DNA of 11,391 bases from Planctomycetota bacterium (GTDB lineage Bacteria > Planctomycetota > GCA-002687715 > DRQF01): the NCBI GenBank assembly GCA_027001995.1, contig JALTLO010000048.1, positions 1 through 11,391 on the forward strand. Reading direction: 5' to 3'. Below, one piece after another: positions 1-6,751 of the stretch. The notes beneath the pieces are model-generated. The model saw only the letters and a list, made by a program, of their open reading frames with translations, did not search any database and was not told the origin of the DNA. How positions within the stretch are numbered: position 1 is the first letter of the stretch; every line of letters begins with the position of its first letter. The translations under genes were made by a program, and so were the position numbers.

Positions 1-510
1 ATTGTGACGGGGAAAAGCTCGCGGCTGAAGACTTCTCGCCTGAAGGCCAAGGGGCTTGAACCCGTCTTTAGAAGCAAAAGATGGTTGCTTGTGAAGCGAC
101 CAGAAAACTTGACAGAGAAACAAACGGTCTCCATGAGCGAACTCATCCAATACAACCTAAAGAGTGTCAAGTCGAATCTGCTCAAAGAGGAAGTCCAACG
201 ACTCTGGGGCTAGAAAAGTCCGACTTAGGCTGACAAGTTTCTCAAACAATGGTGTAAGACCGCCATGGGATCTCGCATCGAACCGATGAAAAAGATCGCC
301 AAGATGGTGAGGCGGCATCAGCCACTGCTCCTCAATTGGTTTCGGGCCAAGGGCACGATTTCTGCCGGTGTCGTTGAGGGGTTAAACAACAGATTGAAAC
401 TCACCACCAGAATGACGTAGGGCTTCAGAACCTTCAAGTTCACTGAAATCGCGCTCTATCACGCAAAGGGAAACTTACCGGAGGCTGAAAAGGCCCCCAG
501 ATTCTGCTGA
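1..510 (+). pseudogene. ISL3-family transposase, C-terminal remnant with internal stop codons
   Basis: Frame 1 read through the stops gives ...RWLLVKRPENLT...LLKEEVQRLWG*KSPT*ADKFLKQWC...SRIEPMKKIAKMVRRH..LLNWFRAKGTISAGVVEGLNNRLKLTTRMT*GFRTF..IALYH..GNLPE....RFC*. This matches ISL3 motifs (KRPENL, EGxNNxxK...R.AYGFR). In-frame TAG at 211-213, 226-228 and 418-420; final TGA at 508-510. Confidence 0.9.
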
Positions 511-516
511 AGAACC
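1..516 (+). mobile_element. Right part of a degenerate ISL3-family IS, ending at ...GAAGAACC (516)
   Basis: The transposase stop overlaps GAAGAACC (509-516), whose reverse complement GGTTCTTC resembles ISL3 termini. It is followed by AT-rich GATATTAT (517-524), a candidate 8-bp target duplication. The left end was not found in the window, so neither the IR nor the DR can be confirmed. Confidence 0.7.
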
Positions 517-632
517 GATATTATTTGTCTTACTGCCTCGACCTTTCCTACCAGAAGGGCTAAATTTCCCTTTCCCAAAATGTCTCATCTATGTTCGGAA
601 TACGAGGCGTCAGGAAGCAAAAAGGGAAGCAT

Positions 633-1043
633 ATGAGCAGCAATCGAAATCAACGACCGGCGGGGCTCACGGCGTTGGCAATCATCAATTTCGTCGAGTT
701 TGCCATGGGGGCCTTAGGGCTCGTGGGCGCGGCCTTCACCTATTGGGGTGGGCAAATTGAAAATGAAGGTTTTACTAGCGCCTCGGGGTTTTTCGTGGTG
801 GTGACCTTCAATGGACTCCTTTGCATTTTACTGCTCATCTCGGGTATCGGTTTGATGGGGTGCCGCAAGATACTAGGCCGCCATTTGGTCTCGGCTATAT
901 TTGCTGTGGCTCTGATAAAGGGCGTTTATGTCGTCCAAAATGAACCTGATCAGTTTGATTTGATCCTTGTAGCTTTCGTCGTTTGGCCATTGATTACCAC
1001 CATCTTGGTGAACACCGTATTTCGGGAGGACTTGGTCAAATGA
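633..1043 (+). CDS. Hypothetical integral membrane protein (about 4 TM helices, 136 aa)
   Basis: ATG at 633 with AAGGGA upstream is preferred over 591. Four hydrophobic stretches follow RPAGLTALAIINFV. The stop overlaps the next start (ATGA, 1040-1043). Confidence 0.75.
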   Translation: MSSNRNQRPAGLTALAIINFVEFAMGALGLVGAAFTYWGGQIENEGFTSASGFFVVVTFNGLLCILLLISGIGLMGCRKILGRHLVSAIFAVALIKGVYVVQNEPDQFDLILVAFVVWPLITTILVNTVFREDLVK

Positions 1044-1987
1044 GTGAATCTGGACAAGTAACACGGCCGGATGGTCTCTTGACAGGGGTTCGGCCCAGAG
1101 ATCTGACTATCATCGCTTCCACCTGGTTGCGTTTTGCTTTTCGCAGTGGCGGGGGTGTCTTATCTCTCTTCATGGTTATGGTCATTGGTTTGATGATCGT
1201 CAATGTCTCTGTTTCACAAATGGAGAGGGTGGGACGGTTCATGGCAGGCAAAGATGCCTCTCAAGCCGACGTCGTCAAGAAGATCTCCGAATCCAATGTT
1301 GTGAGGAATGTTGTTGAAATCGTCTTGGATGGCACCGACGACGAGGTCAAGGCCCAAAGTAATTACCTGATGAAGGAAAAGCCAGCGATGCTGAGTATCG
1401 CTTTGCTGATCTTGCTCTACTTGGTGCCCTTTGGAGTCTCGTCCGCAGCTTTTAACCAAACTGCTGGAGATATCGGTTCTCGGGGTCTACGTTTTCTACT
1501 TTCTCGGACAGAGCGGCCGAATATTTTCTTGGGGCGGTTTCTGAGTGCTTTTCTGTTCATCGCTGGTGCCTTCGCTCTGCTTCTGCTGATCGTGACGAGC
1601 TATCTGCATTTCAAGTTAGGCATCTATTCCGCCGGGGTGCTCTATGGTTGGGCCTTCCGCGGTATTATTGCCTTCACTTTCTACTCTATGCCCTATGTGG
1701 CCCTGGCTGCTTGGGTCTCTTGTCTGATGGATAAACCATTTGCCGCCATGGCCATGACCTATTTGGCTTCCGTAGGCTCTACCTTGGTGCTTTTTATCAT
1801 TGGCGCGATTTTGAGTACAGCCGGAGCCGAGCAGGCTTGGTTATCGAGACTCATGCCATGGGGTTGGCGCTACGACATGTTCCACAACGAACTTGACACG
1901 CAATTGCTGGCTTATGCCGCCATGGTTGGTTTTACCGTTCTCTTCCTCTTCTTGGGGTTGGCCTCATTCCGAAAGCGAGACCTATAG
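1040..1987 (+). CDS. ABC-2-type transporter permease
   Basis: One N-terminal TM, an extracytoplasmic loop, then about 5 TMs. TAGDIGSRGLRFLLSRTERPNIFLGRFL resembles the ABC-2 coupling-helix motif. ATG at 1040 has GGAGGA upstream. An ABC ATPase gene is adjacent. Confidence 0.85.
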   Translation: MSESGQVTRPDGLLTGVRPRDLTIIASTWLRFAFRSGGGVLSLFMVMVIGLMIVNVSVSQMERVGRFMAGKDASQADVVKKISESNVVRNVVEIVLDGTDDEVKAQSNYLMKEKPAMLSIALLILLYLVPFGVSSAAFNQTAGDIGSRGLRFLLSRTERPNIFLGRFLSAFLFIAGAFALLLLIVTSYLHFKLGIYSAGVLYGWAFRGIIAFTFYSMPYVALAAWVSCLMDKPFAAMAMTYLASVGSTLVLFIIGAILSTAGAEQAWLSRLMPWGWRYDMFHNELDTQLLAYAAMVGFTVLFLFLGLASFRKRDL

Positions 1988-1988
1988 C

Positions 1989-2951
1989 ATGACTCAGGCA
2001 CTATCGATTCAGAATCTTAGCAAACGTTTCGGAAGTTTTGCTGCCTTAGACGATGTGAGCTTTGACGTTGAGCGGGGATCGCTCTTCGGGCTTCTGGGAC
2101 CCAACGGTGCCGGAAAGACGACGCTCTTTTCTATCGCTTCTGGTTTTCTCTTGGCGACTTCGGGACATGCGGAAGTCTTGGGGATCGACATTCGTAACGT
2201 CTCGGCACTCCGGGGACGGTTTTCAATCTTGCCACAAGACGCTGATTTTCAATCGGGCATTCAAGTGATCGATCAATTGACTATGTTCGGGCGTTTGGCA
2301 GGGAAGAGTAAAGAAGAGGCTCAACGTAACGCCATGTTCGAGTTGGAAAGGGTGGGCTTAGAGGATGTGGCTCGGGTCAATGCCCAGAGCTTGAGTCATG
2401 GTATGGCGAAGAGAGTAGCTTTGGCCCAGGCCTTCCTCGGCGACCCAGAAGTCATCATTCTTGATGAACCCACCGCTGGGCTCGACCCTGACAATGCCCG
2501 TAAGATTCGCGAACTGGTTCGAAGCATGAAAGGCGATAAGACGGTCTTGCTGTCGAGTCACAATCTCCAAGAAATCCAGGATCTTTGCGATACCGTCGTG
2601 ATCATCGACAAGGGCAAGGTGCGTTTCGACGCTGATATGTCGACCATCACCCAATCGGACAATCTTTCGCGCATCTCCCTATTCGGAAAACTCCCGGATT
2701 CGGTTTGTGAGACGGTCAATAGCTTGGGTGTTGTCTCGAAGGTCGAAACGGATCTGAGGGACCAAGAAACTCATCTCAACGTCCATTTCTCTTTCGGCGA
2801 AAGTGACACCAAAGAGACCGCTATGCGCTCGGTTTTGGAAACTCTTTTGTCGGGAGGTGTTGTGCCGCGTAAGATTGTTGAAGGGGCCAGCTTAGAGCAA
2901 CGGTTCTTGGAAGTGACAGATGGGCAATTCGACGGCGCATCCAGTACCTAG
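1989..2951 (+). CDS. ABC transporter ATP-binding protein (exporter type)
   Basis: Walker A GPNGAGKT, Q-loop LPQ, signature LSHGM, Walker B IILDEP, H-loop SSH, and a C-terminal extension ending SLEQRFL. ATG at 1989 lies 1 nt after the permease stop. Confidence 0.95.
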   Translation: MTQALSIQNLSKRFGSFAALDDVSFDVERGSLFGLLGPNGAGKTTLFSIASGFLLATSGHAEVLGIDIRNVSALRGRFSILPQDADFQSGIQVIDQLTMFGRLAGKSKEEAQRNAMFELERVGLEDVARVNAQSLSHGMAKRVALAQAFLGDPEVIILDEPTAGLDPDNARKIRELVRSMKGDKTVLLSSHNLQEIQDLCDTVVIIDKGKVRFDADMSTITQSDNLSRISLFGKLPDSVCETVNSLGVVSKVETDLRDQETHLNVHFSFGESDTKETAMRSVLETLLSGGVVPRKIVEGASLEQRFLEVTDGQFDGASST

Positions 2952-3003
2952 TTCATCAGATTCGAACTAAGAAAGGAGAGTTCTGATCTTTTTTCTTCGT
3001 GCG

Positions 3004-4131
3004 ATGAAAGTCTTGCTTGGGGTTCTCGGGGCATTCTTCCTGGTGGAGCTTGGCACCCGGTATTGCCTGCCGAAAGGGAATTGGACCCCTGGGCAAGGGT
3101 TAGCATCGAATGCTCTTAGGCTCGGCCAAAATGGCATTTTGCTCAACAAACCTAATCTCCACACCTATACCTGCGTCAATCTCGAGCCTTGGACCGCTTT
3201 AGACACGGATAATCGAGGATTCCGAGTACCAAGGAATCAATCTCGAGAATCCGCAGGAGACGTTCGAGAGAGAATCTTGGTTTTGGGTGCTTCCAATACT
3301 TGGGGTATGGGAGTGACTGCGGAAGATACTTGGCCCCAGATTTTTCAAGGGCTCTTGGCCGAACGTGGCCGCACCGTTGAGATCATGAATGGGGCTCAGG
3401 TCGGTTACACCTTGCCGCATATGTTTGAGCGAGCTCGGCAACTGGCAAATGACATTGCTCTCGATCGAATCTTCATCGCTGTGCCTTCCTCGGGTCTTTA
3501 CATGTTTGGATTGGGAAGCGCTGGAAGCCCTTGGCATTTCGTCCATATGCACCCATGGCAAGTGACCCCTCTTCCTTTGGAGTATGCTTTCGATCAGCTC
3601 CCCCAATTAGAAGAGGTGAACGGCTTTGTGTTACGCCGTGACCGGGCTGGCAGAGGAGGATTTATCGATGATCTGAGGACTCAAAGTGCCCTCATTCACC
3701 GTATTTGGGTGAAAGCGTCTTTGCGGCAGAATCGCTTTGATGTGGTCAAAGAGGAGACCCCCTTTGATTTGGCGGAGCTCGTCAAGAAGGCTCGCAACTT
3801 GGGCCGAGAGTTCTGCGAATTAGAAGATGACTTGAGTCGCCGAGGCATTCGTCTTCATTTGGTTTTCTTTCCGGCTCAATGGGGTGATCTGGTTCTACGC
3901 AATGATGATACCCAAATGGCAGTTCTTGGAGCGTTTCAAAAAGTGGCTCGCGTGGGGCTTCGTCGTTTTCCCCGAGCTGACTTAAGCGGCGACCCCAAGT
4001 ACCGCATCGACTTGGATAAGCGCTTAGGGAAGGACGTCTTGATCGATGGTCGGCATCTTTCGGCTCGTGGTCATGCTAAAGTGGCAGCTTCTCTGGCCCG
4101 TTGGTACTTCGACAAGGGGTATGGCAGGTGA
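3004..4131 (+). CDS. Membrane-anchored SGNH/GDSL hydrolase-fold protein (putative O-acetyltransferase/esterase)
   Basis: N-terminal hydrophobic anchor, NRGFR motif, block I ILVLGASNTWG (GxS), block II MNGAQVGY, block V DGRHLSARGH (DxxH). It lies directly upstream of an MBOAT gene. The start is uncertain (ATG 3004, or in-frame CTG 2983 / ATC 2986). Confidence 0.8.
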   Translation: MKVLLGVLGAFFLVELGTRYCLPKGNWTPGQGLASNALRLGQNGILLNKPNLHTYTCVNLEPWTALDTDNRGFRVPRNQSRESAGDVRERILVLGASNTWGMGVTAEDTWPQIFQGLLAERGRTVEIMNGAQVGYTLPHMFERARQLANDIALDRIFIAVPSSGLYMFGLGSAGSPWHFVHMHPWQVTPLPLEYAFDQLPQLEEVNGFVLRRDRAGRGGFIDDLRTQSALIHRIWVKASLRQNRFDVVKEETPFDLAELVKKARNLGREFCELEDDLSRRGIRLHLVFFPAQWGDLVLRNDDTQMAVLGAFQKVARVGLRRFPRADLSGDPKYRIDLDKRLGKDVLIDGRHLSARGHAKVAASLARWYFDKGYGR

Positions 4132-4182
4132 TTGATTCTTGGAAAGCCCAATATCGAGTCATGAGATCAGAAGGGGATTGAG

Positions 4183-5595
4183 ATCGTCTTCTCAACTTTC
4201 ATATTCGCGGTCTTCTTTCCCATGGTGCTCCTCTTGCACCGTGTCCTTAAGCCTGGGACTCCCCGTAAGGGTTGGCTCTTGGTGGCCAGCTATTTTTTTT
4301 ATGGCTACTGGGATTGGCGCTTCTTGCTACTCATCGGGGCTTCCACTCTCATTGATTTCGCCTGTGGGCAGAGAATCTTTGATGCCTCCAATCGGGCCGT
4401 GAAGAAGCGTTGGCTCTATTTGAGTTTGGCGGCCAACTTAGGTCTCTTGGGCTTCTTCAAGTACTTCAATTTCTTCCTAACATCTGGGGCCGCTGCTTTG
4501 ACTGCCTTGGGGTTTCAAGTCAACTACACCGCCTTGTCCATCATTCTCCCCGTGGGCATTTCTTTCTACACCTTTCAAACTTTGAGTTACTCCATTGACA
4601 TTTATCGTGGTCAACTGAAACCGAGTCAGTCGCTTCTTGATTTTTCTTTGTTTGTTGCTTTTTTCCCTCAGCTTGTGGCCGGTCCAATTGTGCGAGCATC
4701 TGAGTTCTTGCCACAGTTGGTGCAAGAGAAGCCGCGAAGAGCTGACGATTTCTTTGAAGGCTTGGAGCGGTTTCTCTTGGGTCTCTTTAAGAAAGTCTTG
4801 ATCGCCGATATGGCAGCCAAAATCGTAGATCCTGTTTTTCAAGATCCGGACCTATTCTCAGCCATCGCGTTGGTCGCTGGAGCACTTTGTTTTACGCTTC
4901 AGATCTATTTTGATTTTTCTGGATACTCAGACATGGCGATCGGCTTAGCTCGCATGTTGGGTTATGAGTTGCCCCAAAACTTTCGCTTGCCGTTCTTGGC
5001 CACATCGATGACCGATTTTTGGCGACGGTGGCATATCTCTTTGTCTTCGTGGTTTCGGGACTACGTTTATATCCCTCTGGGGGGGAATCGCGGCGGTAGG
5101 GCTAAGACCTATCGCAACTTGGTGTTGACGTTTCTTTTGACCGGGCTCTGGCATGGCGCCAATTGGACGTTCCTTGTGTTTGGGGCCATTCACGGGACTC
5201 TCTTGCTCATTGAGCGTTTGGGACGACAAATTGGAAGTGGGAAAACCGAGTCCACAGTCTTGGGGCGTACTCTCGGGTTTTTCTATTGTTTTGCAGCCAC
5301 AATTGTCGCTTTCACTGTATTTCGGTCGCCATCCATGAGGGTGTTTCTTGAATTGGCCGAGCGTGTGGTGACCGGGGCAAAGAGCGATGACGTTTGGTTT
5401 TCGTCAACGCGCTTTGCATATGTTCTGCTCTTAGCCCTTGCCTATCACGCCTTGGCATTTTTTGAGGTCCGGCGAAAGTTGGCAAGGCGACTGGACCCCT
5501 GGATCTGGCGGCCTTTTTTCTACAGCACGATCGCTTTCCTGATCTTGGCCTATGCGCCACTCAATGAACGGTCGTTTATTTACTTCGCCTTCTAA
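4183..5595 (+). CDS. MBOAT family O-acyltransferase (AlgI/PatA/DltB-like)
   Basis: Motifs ASYFFYGYW, NLGLLGFFKY, ILPVGISFYTFQTLSYSIDIYRG, FFPQLVAGPIVR, YFDFSGYSDMAIG, FWRRWHISLSSWFRDYVYIPLGGNR, GLWHGANWTF (catalytic His) and the FIYFAF end. The family-typical N-terminus (x)VFSTFIFAVFFP begins at ATC 4183; the first ATG is at 4222. Confidence 0.95.
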   Translation: MVFSTFIFAVFFPMVLLLHRVLKPGTPRKGWLLVASYFFYGYWDWRFLLLIGASTLIDFACGQRIFDASNRAVKKRWLYLSLAANLGLLGFFKYFNFFLTSGAAALTALGFQVNYTALSIILPVGISFYTFQTLSYSIDIYRGQLKPSQSLLDFSLFVAFFPQLVAGPIVRASEFLPQLVQEKPRRADDFFEGLERFLLGLFKKVLIADMAAKIVDPVFQDPDLFSAIALVAGALCFTLQIYFDFSGYSDMAIGLARMLGYELPQNFRLPFLATSMTDFWRRWHISLSSWFRDYVYIPLGGNRGGRAKTYRNLVLTFLLTGLWHGANWTFLVFGAIHGTLLLIERLGRQIGSGKTESTVLGRTLGFFYCFAATIVAFTVFRSPSMRVFLELAERVVTGAKSDDVWFSSTRFAYVLLLALAYHALAFFEVRRKLARRLDPWIWRPFFYSTIAFLILAYAPLNERSFIYFAF

Positions 5596-5617
5596 CCCCT
5601 GGGGCTATGGGCAACGA

Positions 5618-6508
5618 TCAGTTGAATTCTGTGTTTGGCAGGGCCAAGACGGGAACGTGAACTGATCTTACGATTCTCTCGGTTCGACTGCCTAAGATGT
5701 GGTCCCCCAGGGAGTCTCTCCCGCCAGTAGCCATGACGATAAGAGGGTTGGCATGCTTCTTGGCGACTTCTATCATGCTGCTGGTCAGTGAAGCAGACTC
5801 AACCCAATGATCTGATTCAATGCCAAAGGATTGGGTGAGCTTGTCGGACATGTGCTGAACTTTGGCCGAGACTTCCGAAATGAGACTTGGCAAGTAGACA
5901 TCTAAGCTTGGAATTCCGTCAATGGGATAAGCAGCTGCGAAGTAATCGTCGATGGCATGAACGATGGTGACGCCTACGTTGAGTTGTTTTGCTATTTGGG
6001 CTCCCTGGTGCATGGCGTCTTCGGCTTTTTTGGAGAAGTCGATCGGGCAGATAACGCGGTCGAAGGCGGCGTCTGACTGGGTTGTTGGCATCTTGCCCAA
6101 ATCGAGAGTCATGACTGGGATTTTGCAACTTCTGAGAACGCGCTCGGCTACGCTGCCCAAGATCATGTGGTCGAGTCCGCTGCGAGCATGGGTTGGAATC
6201 ATGACCATGTCGCAACCGGTTTCCCTAGCGGCACTGAGGATGGATTCAATGAGGGGGGAGAAGCCGCTGGTACTGAGGGTTTCGACTTCAATGTTCACCA
6301 AGGCGGGATCGTCCACCAGGGGGATGAGCCAGTCCTCATCTACATGGGTGTCCTCCAGGCTTGGCCCTGCATCCATCCATCTTTCTGGAGCTGCATGATA
6401 CATCACCAAGCCGCAATTCAAATGGCGTGCGATCCAGCCGGCTTCGACTTTACATGCTGCGAAGTGGTCCTCAGAGTCGACGCATAAGAGAATCTTGTTG
6501 GGAAACAT
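5618..6508 (-). CDS. Universal stress protein, tandem UspA domains
   Basis: Two repeats: KILLCVD...THARSGLDHMILGSVAERVLRSCKIPVMTL and RVICPIDFS...TGGRDSLGDHILGSRTERIVRSVHVPVLAL. SD AAGGAG upstream; the second ATG (6508) is better spaced than 6511. Confidence 0.92.
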   Translation of the reverse strand: MFPNKILLCVDSEDHFAACKVEAGWIARHLNCGLVMYHAAPERWMDAGPSLEDTHVDEDWLIPLVDDPALVNIEVETLSTSGFSPLIESILSAARETGCDMVMIPTHARSGLDHMILGSVAERVLRSCKIPVMTLDLGKMPTTQSDAAFDRVICPIDFSKKAEDAMHQGAQIAKQLNVGVTIVHAIDDYFAAAYPIDGIPSLDVYLPSLISEVSAKVQHMSDKLTQSFGIESDHWVESASLTSSMIEVAKKHANPLIVMATGGRDSLGDHILGSRTERIVRSVHVPVLALPNTEFN

Positions 6509-6618
6509 CATTCACTCCTTTTCGGTGGCGAACACCTCATTCGGCTTTGCCATTTTGAGAGAAACTCTCATGGGAGGCGAAAAGCCAGGCGGTCTTGAAT
6601 CATGGGCACAGAATATCT

Positions 6619-6634
6619 TGCGAATAGGGTGCCA
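6619..6634 (-). promoter_or_regulatory. Putative sigma-54 (-24/-12) promoter for the usp gene
   Basis: The minus strand reads TGGCACCCTATTCGCA, i.e. TGGCAC-N5-TCGCA with exact GG-N10-GC spacing and one mismatch to TGGCAC-N5-TTGCA. It is intergenic, about 110 nt upstream of usp and correctly oriented. Confidence 0.72.
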
Positions 6635-6689
6635 TACTACCGGAGAGTAGCCAATATGGGGCCAAAAAAGACCTCTTCCCTAAACACTA

Positions 6690-6719
6690 TTCACCTTTTC
6701 TGAGGTTTCGAAGTATGAT
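6690..6719 (+). promoter_or_regulatory. Possible sigma-70-type promoter for the GCS2-CBS gene
   Basis: TTCACC (6690-6695), an 18-nt spacer, then TATGAT (6714-6719), 32 nt before ATG 6752. Confidence 0.35.
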
Positions 6720-6751
6720 GCCAAGGTATTACAACCGAAGAGGCCATTATC

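Noticed and set aside
211..420. TAG recoding or amber read-through suggested by three in-frame TAGs in the transposase
   Set aside because: The TAGs replace different expected residues (Tyr/Trp), the remnant is otherwise degenerate, and TAG serves as a normal stop at 1985-1987 and 2949-2951.
555..628. Possible anti-SD pairing (TTCCCTTT 566-573 with AAAGGGAA 621-628) and a 5-bp AAGGG/CCCTT stem upstream of the 633 gene
   Set aside because: Short, low-complexity complementarity that is easily due to chance.
2391..2405. Atypical ABC signature LSHGM
   Set aside because: LS(K/H/x)GM signatures are common in this exporter subfamily, and the other motifs are intact.
4139..4402. 87-aa plus-strand ORF overlapping the MBOAT start (possible frameshifted N-terminus)
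   Set aside because: Ser-rich shadow-frame composition. The MBOAT-like N-terminus is already in the main frame.
5596..5617. Terminator between the convergent MBOAT and usp genes
   Set aside because: Only CCCC-T-GGGG with too small a loop and no U-tract.
6604..6621. Plus-strand GGGCAC...TTGC as a sigma-54 promoter for the ligase
   Set aside because: GG-to-GC spacing is 13 nt instead of the strict 10.
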